From positions 116,170 through 180,169 of the IMG/VR virus record IMGVR_UViG_3300045988_131275: 64,000 nt of DNA. One strand, written 5' to 3'. The stretch is from a virus. This document shows, piece after piece, positions 1 through 8,036 of the stretch; position 1 is the first letter of the stretch, and every line of letters starts with the position of its first letter. A program made the translations under genes and the position numbers. Under the pieces are notes generated by a model, which saw nothing but the letters and a program-made list of their open reading frames with translations, was not told the DNA's origin and made no database searches.

Positions 1-55
1 GGATGTACTGTTTACCGTTAGTAATAAAACATTCCAACTGTATCTCTCCTTTCAT
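1..55 (-). CDS. N-terminal fragment of a CDS running off the left edge (hypothetical)
   Basis: Reverse-strand ATG at 55 opens frame MKGEIQLECFITNGKQYI, still open at base 1. No clear SD. Confidence 0.2.
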   Translation of the reverse strand, partial: MKGEIQLECFITNGKQYI

Positions 56-66
56 TTTTCTTTTAA

Positions 67-139
67 TGGAAACTATAGGACTTGAACCTATACCCTACAG
101 TTCTAAGACCGTCACTCTCCCAAATTGAGCTAAGTTTCC
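67..139 (-). tRNA. tRNA-like gene with non-canonical anticodon loop (identity undetermined)
   Basis: Cloverleaf: acceptor GGAAACU/AGUUUCC (7 bp), D arm GCUC..GAGU with GG loop, T arm AUAGG-UUCAAGU-CCUAU, 5-nt variable loop. The anticodon stem ACGGU/ACUGU leaves a 6-nt loop CUUAGA. Confidence 0.6.
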
Positions 140-255
140 AAAAAATGCGTACAAAAACAACGATGAAAGCCGACTTTCATTTGTGATATTTCTCTATATT
201 TAGTTGTAATTAATTGGAATAATCGCAGAAACGCTATGATTAATAAAGATTTTGC

Positions 256-284
256 TTGACATTTTTTGCCAAGAGTTCTAAACT
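256..284 (+). promoter_or_regulatory. sigmaA-type promoter (TTGACA-17-TAAACT)
   Basis: TTGACA at 256-261, 17-nt spacer, TAAACT at 279-284. Confidence 0.5.
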
Positions 285-290
285 AATTAT

Positions 291-389
291 AACATATTAG
301 ATTATTCCAGTAATCTTCTATGTTGTGTTGTTTGTAAGGTTCTTATCTCATATGGTGTTCCCGCACCGAGATAAGATCCTTACTTTTTT
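291..389 (+). ncRNA. candidate ~100-nt small RNA, convergent with the mazF operon
   Basis: Lies downstream of the 256-284 promoter. Ends in a 16-bp hairpin (GTAAGGtTCTTATCTC 334-349 / GAGATAAGAtCCTTAC 368-383) followed directly by T6 (384-389). No SD or credible ORF. Confidence 0.45.
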
Positions 390-474
390 ATTATCTTGTG
401 AAGATGTTCATATCATATACCAAACATTTGTTCGTGTCAATACTTTCCAGAACATTTGTTTGTATTTTTTGATT

Positions 475-753
475 TTATATTTTCATATGTCCCTTCTCAG
501 CAAATAATATCGTTTTCTCCTTATTTTTATCTTGTGTTTTTAATGTGGACATTATAAAGTTTCTATTATACGTGATCGGAAGCCCAGTTGTAATAGCTTT
601 AATTCCACAAGTAATACTAATTGGAATAGCTTCACAATCAGGAGATCTTGTATCTAAATCAAATGAGGAAAATAACACATTCTCTCCACCGTTTTTCTTA
701 TACTCAGTTAATAACCTTATCGCTTCATCTACGGACACAATTCTTCCACTCAT
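475..753 (-). CDS. hypothetical protein, translationally coupled downstream of mazF
   Basis: ORF track. Its ATG overlaps the mazF stop as ATGA (750-753). No motif recognised. Confidence 0.6.
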   Translation of the reverse strand: MSGRIVSVDEAIRLLTEYKKNGGENVLFSSFDLDTRSPDCEAIPISITCGIKAITTGLPITYNRNFIMSTLKTQDKNKEKTILFAEKGHMKI

Positions 754-1139
754 GCTAATTCCTCCACTCTGATTTTCTTTTTACCATATAAGTTTGCAAG
801 GAAACATTTTTCTACTAAAAGTCTATCCTCTTCATTGTCAATATTTCCCCATTTTTCAACTACATCACGCTTATCAATAGTAAAAATTTGTTCCCCTAAA
901 ACCATTGAGTCACATTTTAAACCATTAGATTTACTAGCTTTAATTACTTCGTGAGTGGGCTGCTCAACCTTTTTGATTTTACTGGTTAAGCACATGACAA
1001 TCAAAGTAGGAGCAAACTTATTTCCAGAATCATTCTGAATTATAACAACAGGTCTTTCGATCTGCTGAACGTGTGATTTAGCTGATGTATTAACATTTGT
1101 TTTGACATAAAGAATATCAAATATATTAAACTCCATCAT
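750..1139 (-). CDS. mazF: MazF/PemK-family endoribonuclease toxin
   Basis: RPVVIIQNDSGNKFAPTLIVMCLTSKIKKVEQPTHEVI...DSMVLGEQIFTIDKRDV is collinear with the B. subtilis EndoA/MazF core (RPVLVIQND.GN..SPT.IVAAIT....K.PTHVEI...DSVILLEQIRTIDK). Confidence 0.85.
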   Translation of the reverse strand: MMEFNIFDILYVKTNVNTSAKSHVQQIERPVVIIQNDSGNKFAPTLIVMCLTSKIKKVEQPTHEVIKASKSNGLKCDSMVLGEQIFTIDKRDVVEKWGNIDNEEDRLLVEKCFLANLYGKKKIRVEELA

Positions 1140-1279
1140 ATCGTGTGTGCAGCTCCTTTCTTTATCTTATGTACCCTATTATATTACTCTTTACAATAAC
1201 TGTCAAGAATTATTTTAAAGAATTATTGTTAAAAATAACTTTTTATGATATACTTTTAAACATAACGGAGGTGTAATAT

Positions 1280-1696
1280 ATGCTGAAATTAGATGTTAAA
1301 AAATATGTTGATAAACAGTTTGATAACCTGAATCAATTTGCTAAAGCTACAGGATTAAACTATCAAGCTGCTCAAAAAATTTACAATGGCGAAACAACCA
1401 GAATTACATTTGACAATCTTGAATCTATATGTAAAACTTTAAAGGTTACGCCAAATGACATCTTTACATTTGAAGATGTTAAGTCTCCAACAAAAAATGA
1501 AGCAAATGATACTTCTATGCCATCCATATCTAAAAATATTTTACATTCAATACAAATAAATCCAAAGAATATAAAAACAGATGGCGATTCTGATAAACTT
1601 CTTATAGAACTTATACAACAAATTGTTGATAATTCTATAGAGGAGCAATTAAAACAATATTCCATTAATGTTAAAAGTAAAAGCGATGACAAATAG
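1280..1696 (+). CDS. XRE/Cro-type helix-turn-helix transcriptional regulator
   Basis: N-terminus NLNQFAKATGLNYQAAQKIYNGETTRITFDNLESICKTLKVTPNDIF is a typical HTH_XRE. Divergent from mazF. Confidence 0.8.
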   Translation: MLKLDVKKYVDKQFDNLNQFAKATGLNYQAAQKIYNGETTRITFDNLESICKTLKVTPNDIFTFEDVKSPTKNEANDTSMPSISKNILHSIQINPKNIKTDGDSDKLLIELIQQIVDNSIEEQLKQYSINVKSKSDDK

Positions 1697-1736
1697 TCAT
1701 CGCCTACATAGTTATTGCTTAAAAGCAACCTTTCAT

Positions 1737-2006
1737 CTAATCTTTTTCTTCTACATCATAACCATATAAATCCTTTAACATATCCATTTCTTCAAATGAA
1801 CTTAGAACTTCTTTGCCACCTTTATAAAAATATTTCTCAACAGCAACATCATTTCCATTTTGTAATACTGAAAAGACGTATTCAATTTCACCGTTCTTCA
1901 TATACACATATCGTTTTAAATCAGCATCGTTAATATATTTAATTTCTTCTTTTGTTGCTTTCGATACGTCCTTAAACATAATATCTTTTAATCTCATATA
2001 GACCAC
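1737..2006 (-). CDS. hypothetical protein
   Basis: ORF track, leftward early-gene array. No motif recognised. Confidence 0.6.
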   Translation of the reverse strand: MVYMRLKDIMFKDVSKATKEEIKYINDADLKRYVYMKNGEIEYVFSVLQNGNDVAVEKYFYKGGKEVLSSFEEMDMLKDLYGYDVEEKD

Positions 2007-2036
2007 CTCACTTGAAAGCTGGATTTCAGCGTTGTA

Positions 2037-2429
2037 TTATTCAATTCTAATTTCCGTCACACTACCATGCATTTCGTCATATAACTGAGAAGCAATAGTT
2101 TCTAAGTCATCAAAATAATAATCCCATAAATCACATTGGAATCCATCTGGTGTGTCATTAATATAATATGTCGTGTCTAAATCCGTATCAATTGCCACAA
2201 CAATACTATCGAATCCACGTTTCTCTGCATCTACATACGCAGATGTAACTTGTTCTAAAAACTCGTCCTGATCCATAGGTTCATCAAGTAAATCATATCC
2301 CACACTAATATTTCTATTTGCATACTCATCTGCAAATTTTTCTAAATCTTCTTCTGTTTTTACCCATTCTGGAACTGTAATAATATCTCCACCGCTTAAT
2401 CCTACCCATACTTTTATTTTCTTAACCAT
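2037..2429 (-). CDS. hypothetical acidic protein
   Basis: ORF track 2037..2474. The internal ATG at 2429 (MVKKIKV) follows GGAGGT and avoids overlap with the upstream gene. Confidence 0.6.
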   Translation of the reverse strand: MVKKIKVWVGLSGGDIITVPEWVKTEEDLEKFADEYANRNISVGYDLLDEPMDQDEFLEQVTSAYVDAEKRGFDSIVVAIDTDLDTTYYINDTPDGFQCDLWDYYFDDLETIASQLYDEMHGSVTEIRIE

Positions 2430-2460
2430 TTTTATACCTCCATGAAAGTCGAATTTCAAC

Positions 2461-2877
2461 TTAGTAAAATCCACTTTCTGATAATTTTTTATTATTTATC
2501 TCTTCTAAAAATTCATCATTTCTAATCTTTGCCATATCTACTCTTATTTTTGCTTCTGATATTCGTTCACGAATACTCCAAGTATAATAAGATGAAATTT
2601 CACAATCGTCCAATATTTTACAAAGATTTGCTAATTCATAAGATATATTTGATAATTGCGTATCTAAAATATTATTAATATCAAATAGTTTTGTCTGTTG
2701 AGTATTACTTATATTCATAAAATCACTTCCATTCCATAAAATCAGTCTTTCATTCCAACTTTTTGCTTCACTCCTTATTATACTTCTCCGCACATTCTCT
2801 ACAATAGAACTGATCTTCTTTACTGACATAATAGCCATCCTCATAACTTCCTTTAACACATCGGATTTCGTCATCAT
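2461..2877 (-). CDS. hypothetical protein
   Basis: ORF track, leftward array. No motif recognised. Confidence 0.6.
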   Translation of the reverse strand: MMTKSDVLKEVMRMAIMSVKKISSIVENVRRSIIRSEAKSWNERLILWNGSDFMNISNTQQTKLFDINNILDTQLSNISYELANLCKILDDCEISSYYTWSIRERISEAKIRVDMAKIRNDEFLEEINNKKLSESGFY

Positions 2878-2936
2878 TTCCTTTTTCTTCTGTAAGAATG
2901 AATTTACCGCATTTACAACAATAAATATCGTTAATA

Positions 2937-3356
2937 TCAGGCATTATTTATTCCTCCAGTTTCAATGTTATTCTTTTCATCACAATACTTTTTTGCATCA
3001 TCATATGTTTCAAACAAATGAATTTCATCTGATAATTCTTTAACTCTACCGTAATATGAATCGAATCCTATTAATTTATAGGAAATAATTGGATTATTAT
3101 TTTCATTGACTGTAATTTTAATAGCAACAATCTTCCAGTTGATATTATGCACATCATAATAATTCACGGTTTTTTCGTTAAATCTTAGACCTTTTCCACC
3201 ACATTTGGGACACTGACATCTTTCTTGTTTATAAATAAAGAATCCATTACCTTCACAAAATGTACATGGTGTATAATTTGCTATTGTCTTTCTACGTTTA
3301 TACACAAGACGTACTTCCTGTCCTACTTTAAACTTTGTGTTAATATGTAAATCCAT
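2937..3356 (-). CDS. hypothetical zinc-finger protein (CxxCxGxG type)
   Basis: CTFCEGNG...CQCPKCGGKG resembles DnaJ-type zinc-finger repeats. Confidence 0.65.
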   Translation of the reverse strand: MDLHINTKFKVGQEVRLVYKRRKTIANYTPCTFCEGNGFFIYKQERCQCPKCGGKGLRFNEKTVNYYDVHNINWKIVAIKITVNENNNPIISYKLIGFDSYYGRVKELSDEIHLFETYDDAKKYCDEKNNIETGGINNA

Positions 3357-3366
3357 AATTTTCCCT

Positions 3367-3519
3367 CTATTCTTTCTTCTTCAAAATCTTAGTCACTTCT
3401 CCAACACTTATGCAGAATCTTTTAGCAATATCTTTCTTGTCTCCACTTCTATTATAAGCATTCACAATATCATCGTATGTAAATTCTTTCTCTACTGGTA
3501 GATTCATAAAGCTATCCAT
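3367..3519 (-). CDS. small putative HTH protein (50 aa, possible excisionase-like)
   Basis: Not in ORF track (<60 aa). GGAGGA SD, then ATG at 3519. MDSFMNLPVEKEFTYDDIVNAYNRSGDKKDIAKRFCISVGEVTKILKKKE. Lies just downstream of the integrase. Confidence 0.4.
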   Translation of the reverse strand: MDSFMNLPVEKEFTYDDIVNAYNRSGDKKDIAKRFCISVGEVTKILKKKE

Positions 3520-3580
3520 AATCTATATTCCTCCGTATTCTTGCTATAATATACTTCTCTGTTGATCTCATATAATACCT

Positions 3581-4405
3581 CTATTCTATCATATCTGGAT
3601 CATCTTGTGGACATAAATAATCTTCTGGTGTTTCTTCTTCATTCGAGAAAATGCACATTCTTTCCTGGTTTTTAAATATTTCTTCATCAGTGATACAAAT
3701 ATATCTTAAAGTAATACGCATATCAGAATGTCCGAAAATTGTCATAAGCTGTATAAGAGCCTGTTGTTTGTCTGGTGCTGCTAAATAATAACTATGTCCA
3801 AAAGTCTTACGAAGTCCATGAGTACCAATAGACTGTTTAATACCTGCTTTTATTCTATTCCTCTCAACAGTTCTGTACCATGTCATTTCTCCAATATGTT
3901 CACCTTTATTAGAAGAAAAGATATAATCAGTCAACTCAGGTGTTTCATTATGATCTTCTAACCACTTATGCCAATTCTGAATTGCCATTTTAAAATCACT
4001 GTCGTATCTTAATTTAACATATTTTCTTTTAATTACATTTCCACACCTATCTCTACGCTCTGTTTTTTCTGGAACAAACTTCTGTGACTTTTTAATTTTC
4101 CATCCATCTTCATATACATCTTTCCATGTGAATTTACAAAAATCCCCACCACGTAATCCAATATTAATTGCACATATGAACATTGTGAGATTTCGCATAG
4201 CATTCTTTTCTTTATTAACAGTAGTTGCACTATCAACATCTGCTTTAAATACATTGTATACAGATAAAATTTCATCCTTAGTATACAAGCATTCCATCTC
4301 TGTTGACTTTCCACGCCGTAATGTTTTCTGTTTTGGAAAGTTATATATCGTTGCTTTCTGTTTCTGACTAATATAATATGGCTGTTGAACTGCTAAAGCT
4401 TGCAT
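3581..4405 (-). CDS. int: tyrosine recombinase / phage integrase
   Basis: GLRGGDF (Arg), HGLRKTFGH (HxxR) and GHSDMRITLRYI (catalytic Tyr) in the expected order. Confidence 0.85.
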   Translation of the reverse strand: MQALAVQQPYYISQKQKATIYNFPKQKTLRRGKSTEMECLYTKDEILSVYNVFKADVDSATTVNKEKNAMRNLTMFICAINIGLRGGDFCKFTWKDVYEDGWKIKKSQKFVPEKTERRDRCGNVIKRKYVKLRYDSDFKMAIQNWHKWLEDHNETPELTDYIFSSNKGEHIGEMTWYRTVERNRIKAGIKQSIGTHGLRKTFGHSYYLAAPDKQQALIQLMTIFGHSDMRITLRYICITDEEIFKNQERMCIFSNEEETPEDYLCPQDDPDMIE

Positions 4406-4416
4406 AATTCCACCTC

Positions 4417-4602
4417 CTAATATACATCATTCTTCCGTATCTTCTCTAATTTCTCTTTCTTTTGATTAAGATGTCGCACTCTTGCCCTTGGTTTATACTT
4501 GTCACATCTCTGACAATAATGCCAATGGTTTGCATCTCTGCCTTTCTTGCATTCACCCATACAGATATAGTACAGGCATGGTGTCTCTCTATCTTTTGCC
4601 AT
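4417..4602 (-). CDS. small Cys/His-rich protein
   Basis: ORF track. CLYYICMGECKKGRDANHWHYCQRCDKY suggests metal binding. Confidence 0.55.
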   Translation of the reverse strand: MAKDRETPCLYYICMGECKKGRDANHWHYCQRCDKYKPRARVRHLNQKKEKLEKIRKNDVY

Positions 4603-4694
4603 ATTGGTTTCCTCCGTATATTTTTATAACTGCTTCTTTTGTCAAGAGAAGCATAGAACTTGCTTAACGCATATACAGCGTTAATAATATGTAT

Positions 4695-5603
4695 TTAACT
4701 TACCATTGGTGTCTGTCCTACCATTTCAGTAGGTGATTTATCGTATGATTCACATAATGCAGCGAATGTTTTAAGAACTTTACTCCATTCATCTTCCTTA
4801 ATCCATTGAAGATATGGAGATTTACCACGTTGTTTTAACGCAATTCCGTATTTGTACTGCAAGTTTCTATATAGCTCATTCCACATATCAGGGTAGCGAT
4901 TATGTGTCACAAGAGCAAGTTTTCTAATTCCTGCATTAAGAACACTTCTGTCTTTCCATTCAAGAATATCACCTGCAAGGGCTTTATTATCTTTCTCCAA
5001 CTTGTCAATATGCCGATTCTTAAATGCAATTAATTTTGATGTTGCTACCGCCGCTGCACTCGGATCACCACTTGATATTGCCATCCCAACTTCTAACATA
5101 AGTTTCTGTTCTTCTGTAATATCAATAATTTTGGTTTCGGATGAGGTCTTTTCTTCTATATTAAGAAGTTGTGTTCTGACTTCTTTTGCTACATCAGATT
5201 GTTGTAATAACATTCCGATTCTTAAAACAGCTCTTCTACTAAACGCTTTAAGCCCACGATTATTAATTGTGATGATTTGTCCATCCTCAAAAGTATATGT
5301 AACGGAAGTTTGTTTCTTTTCAACGGAAGTAATATTTAGTTTACTTCCGTCATAATAGCTTCTTGGGAACATCTCAACGCCATCTAAATCAATTTCACCT
5401 TTATTATTAGAATATAAAATCTTTATATATTCCGGTGTTACTTCATAATAATCTGCAACTTGATCAATAGACATCATATTTGTTCCAGGTAAAAGCAATA
5501 ATTGTTTTACCTTTTCAAGAACTTCATAATGATTAACGCACTTATCTCTAAGTGTTCTATCGTTACATAGTGGGCTTTCATCTTGATTTTTAATTCTACT
5601 CAT
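4695..5603 (-). CDS. putative antirepressor-like / DNA-binding regulatory protein
   Basis: ORF track. N-terminal HTH-like segment MMSIDQVADYYEVTPEYIKILYSNNKGEI. Sits in the Ant position of an RHH-sRNA-Ant cassette. Function is weakly supported. Confidence 0.6.
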   Translation of the reverse strand: MSRIKNQDESPLCNDRTLRDKCVNHYEVLEKVKQLLLLPGTNMMSIDQVADYYEVTPEYIKILYSNNKGEIDLDGVEMFPRSYYDGSKLNITSVEKKQTSVTYTFEDGQIITINNRGLKAFSRRAVLRIGMLLQQSDVAKEVRTQLLNIEEKTSSETKIIDITEEQKLMLEVGMAISSGDPSAAAVATSKLIAFKNRHIDKLEKDNKALAGDILEWKDRSVLNAGIRKLALVTHNRYPDMWNELYRNLQYKYGIALKQRGKSPYLQWIKEDEWSKVLKTFAALCESYDKSPTEMVGQTPMVS

Positions 5604-5746
5604 ATTAAAATCCTTTCGTATGTAAAATTGTTAATAGTTACTTCTAAACAGTATTTCTCCATTTAGTTTGTAAATATTTGCAATCACATAAGCGATCATT
5701 TCAATATTTAGTTATCAAGGTACAATTTATGTATGGAAAATATGAC

Positions 5747-5775
5747 TTGAAATAGTCCTAGGAATGTAATATAAT
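5747..5775 (+). promoter_or_regulatory. sigmaA-type promoter (TTGAAA-17-TATAAT) for an antisense sRNA
   Basis: TTGAAA at 5747-5752, 17-nt spacer, TATAAT at 5770-5775. Confidence 0.6.
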
Positions 5776-5781
5776 GAAAAA

Positions 5782-5857
5782 GACTAGAACTTTGGTTCAA
5801 GTTGTTGTAGTGTAGGTTGTCGCTTTGGTCGGTTGAGAACCTACACTATTTTATTTT
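5782..5857 (+). ncRNA. candidate ~75-nt antisense sRNA (sar-like) between the RHH and antirepressor-like genes
   Basis: Follows the consensus promoter. Hairpin AGTGTAGGTT (5809-5818) / AACCTACACT (5838-5847), then ATTTTATTTT. Overlaps the 3' end of the convergent RHH gene. Confidence 0.5.
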
Positions 5858-6018
5858 CCACTATGGAAATACTTCATTTCCAGTTTAAAATCTTCATTAA
5901 TATAACCTTGCATAAATCGTTCCAATACTATATTAATTGGAAGTTTTTCTGTTTTGCATTTTTCTTTAAACTGTTCAAGTATTTCTGCATCAATGGAAGT
6001 ATTAAAAGCCTTCTTCAT
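5851..6018 (-). CDS. ribbon-helix-helix (Arc/CopG-like) DNA-binding protein
   Basis: ORF track 5851..6075. ATG at 6018 follows AAGGAGGT. MKKAFNTSIDAEILEQFKEKCKTEKLPINIVLERFMQGY has an RHH pattern and is a paralog of 13340..13522. Confidence 0.7.
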   Translation of the reverse strand: MKKAFNTSIDAEILEQFKEKCKTEKLPINIVLERFMQGYINEDFKLEMKYFHSGK

Positions 6019-6043
6019 AATGCTTACCTCCTTTGATATTGTC

Positions 6044-6072
6044 ATTATACATCTATATGTTGTTATTGTCAA
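6044..6072 (-). promoter_or_regulatory. consensus sigmaA promoter (TTGACA-17-TATAAT) driving the RHH-Ant cassette
   Basis: Reverse strand: TTGACA (6072-6067), 17-nt spacer, TATAAT (6049-6044). TGACAATA is repeated at the -35 and just after the -10, a possible operator. Confidence 0.65.
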
Positions 6073-6093
6073 CATATTTATTTGATTTTACAA

Positions 6094-6129
6094 CAAAAAA
6101 TACCACTAAATTTTTATTTTTAGTGGTAT
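6094..6129 (-). terminator. intrinsic terminator
   Basis: Reverse-strand hairpin ATACCACTAAA/TTTAGTGGTAT followed by T6. Confidence 0.6.
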
Positions 6130-6150
6130 TTTTCCGATGAAATGTCTGAT

Positions 6151-6354
6151 TTATCGGTTTAAAATTCTTTCAATATCATCAACAGTATATCTTATAGAAT
6201 CCATTAAATCACGCACATACTCTTCACCTCTTTTAGAATCGTATCCTAATCTAAGTAATTCAGATATTGCATTTATGATCTTATTATCAATTTCATTTCC
6301 TTTATTTAATAATAATTTTATAACTTCATTAGTTGACATTTTATTTTCACTCAT
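6151..6354 (-). CDS. hypothetical protein
   Basis: ORF track, leftward array. No motif recognised. Confidence 0.6.
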   Translation of the reverse strand: MSENKMSTNEVIKLLLNKGNEIDNKIINAISELLRLGYDSKRGEEYVRDLMDSIRYTVDDIERILNR

Positions 6355-6358
6355 CTTA

Positions 6359-6544
6359 TCACCTCTTAAAATTTAAAATAAATTGAAAATCTTTATCATT
6401 AATATCTACCTGAATCAATTCTCCGTTATCATCCATGATGTCAACCATAGGAGTTTCATATCTTACATAAACTTTTGTACATTCATATTCTTTTCCTTTT
6501 GTAAAATGTTCATCTGTTTTTCTACAAATATCCTTATTATTCAT
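6359..6544 (-). CDS. hypothetical protein
   Basis: ORF track 6359..6616. The internal ATG at 6544 (MNNKDIC) follows GGAGGT. Confidence 0.55.
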   Translation of the reverse strand: MNNKDICRKTDEHFTKGKEYECTKVYVRYETPMVDIMDDNGELIQVDINDKDFQFILNFKR

Positions 6545-6575
6545 CTTATACCTCCTATGAAAACAATCTTTCATT

Positions 6576-6839
6576 TTATTCTCTAATTGTTTTGTAATAA
6601 CTTCCAAACCAGACATGCACCGGAGGATTTTTAGCTCCTGGCATTAAAGAACCACTTATCATTTCCATAACTTGACCAGAATCATTCCAACCATCTGATT
6701 CCATTTCTTTTTTATGTTCCATCTTTTCTTTTTCTGAATCATAATAATACTGTTCTATAAACTCTGTATATTTATCTATGCAGTTATTTCCGTCCCATAC
6801 AAATTTTGTTGTATTATTTTTCATTTTAATTCTTTTCAC
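6576..6839 (-). CDS. hypothetical protein
   Basis: ORF track, leftward array. Confidence 0.6.
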   Translation of the reverse strand: MKRIKMKNNTTKFVWDGNNCIDKYTEFIEQYYYDSEKEKMEHKKEMESDGWNDSGQVMEMISGSLMPGAKNPPVHVWFGSYYKTIRE

Positions 6840-6876
6840 GTAATCAGCTCCATTCTATATTAAAAACAACTTAATC

Positions 6877-7062
6877 TCACAATATTATCCATAAATTTCT
6901 TCCATAGTATTCTCTTCTTATATGAGAAATATCATTATCAATTTTCGATAATTCAATTTTTTCAAAACTTACATTCTTGCAACTATTTATAGTTCTGTTG
7001 CCAAATCTATTTTTGGTACATTCAATTCCGTTTGTTGATTCTTCATACGTCATATAGATCAC
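6877..7062 (-). CDS. hypothetical protein
   Basis: ORF track, leftward array. Confidence 0.5.
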   Translation of the reverse strand: MIYMTYEESTNGIECTKNRFGNRTINSCKNVSFEKIELSKIDNDISHIRREYYGRNLWIIL

Positions 7063-7086
7063 ATCCTTTACAATGAAAGCAATTTT

Positions 7087-7296
7087 TCAACCTCGTTTTG
7101 TTTTATACTTTGCGTATTTCGACTCTCCATTGCATCCTTTATATAATTTCCGTAAAGCAGATCCCAACCCATCTTCCATATCTTTGTCTACTTGTTCATA
7201 TGTTTCAGATGCTTCACCTAAAATTTCTACTGCATCAAATACATAATCTCTAACCTGTTGTAATTCTTTATCCGTAAAATAAATACTTCTTCCCAT
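7087..7296 (-). CDS. hypothetical protein
   Basis: ORF track, leftward array. Confidence 0.6.
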   Translation of the reverse strand: MGRSIYFTDKELQQVRDYVFDAVEILGEASETYEQVDKDMEDGLGSALRKLYKGCNGESKYAKYKTKRG

Positions 7297-7320
7297 TATA
7301 TATCCTCTCTGAAACCGTCA

Positions 7321-7353
7321 TTTTATAGAAAATGGGTGATATTTCTATCACCC
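7321..7353 (-). terminator. intrinsic terminator
   Basis: Hairpin GGGTGATA (7334-7341) / TATCACCC (7346-7353) right after the stop of 7354..; the reverse strand continues ATTTTCT. Confidence 0.5.
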
Positions 7354-7629
7354 TTAACTTGTTCTTCCACGTATAAACCCTTGTACAAAATATAATCTAG
7401 CTGTTCTACAATCTTCCTCATTCCCGTCAACCAGAACTTCTCCAATAGAACTGGCATTTGACTCATATTGTAAAGCTAAATCTAATATACTTTGTAATGT
7501 ATCACTTTGCTTTTTCGCTTCTGACAAATTTAATATTTCTTGCATTTTATATTTTAAAATCGTTTTCTTTTTTGCTAACTTTCCAAGTTCTTCGCCCTGT
7601 TTAAAACAATACCACTTATTCACATCCAT
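7354..7629 (-). CDS. hypothetical protein
   Basis: ORF track 7354..7668. The start at 7629 (MDVNKWY) minimises overlap. Confidence 0.55.
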   Translation of the reverse strand: MDVNKWYCFKQGEELGKLAKKKTILKYKMQEILNLSEAKKQSDTLQSILDLALQYESNASSIGEVLVDGNEEDCRTARLYFVQGFIRGRTS

Positions 7630-7900
7630 CTTGTAACGCTCCCATCGTTTTATTATATAAATCATCACTATAATTATTTAATAATTCTTCGGCGGTTTTC
7701 TGCCATTGATATTCTTCTTCTGTTAATTGATTTAGAATTTCCTCATCAGGAATAGAATATTTTTCAAATGCAGCAACTTTACTACAGAATATTCTATGAT
7801 GATCTTTTACAAGATAAGTGTCAATGCCATAAATACAGTTATTAACAGTTGTAAGTTTATAGCCCATACTTTCTGCATACTTTAATGTACTTTCTAACAT
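7616..7900 (-). CDS. hypothetical protein
   Basis: ORF track 7616..7930. ATG at 7900 (MLESTLKY) follows AAGGAGGA. Confidence 0.55.
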   Translation of the reverse strand: MLESTLKYAESMGYKLTTVNNCIYGIDTYLVKDHHRIFCSKVAAFEKYSIPDEEILNQLTEEEYQWQKTAEELLNNYSDDLYNKTMGALQDGCE

Positions 7901-8036
7901 AATGTAATCCTCCTTATTTTTATGTTCCAATATGGTTCTACTTTAAATAATGTAAAATTTTATAATACTTTTTACATTCCAATATGGGACTACTAAACTT
8001 TACTATATTATATCACATATAAAAGTGACTTGAAAG

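Noticed and set aside
67-4405. tRNA plus integrase as a prophage attachment junction at the left edge
   Set aside because: The tRNA is 3.4 kb from the integrase, with phage-like genes (mazF, XRE and small ORFs) between them. The DNA left of the tRNA is only 66 nt, and no direct repeat of the tRNA 3' end was seen elsewhere in the window. The junction cannot be supported.
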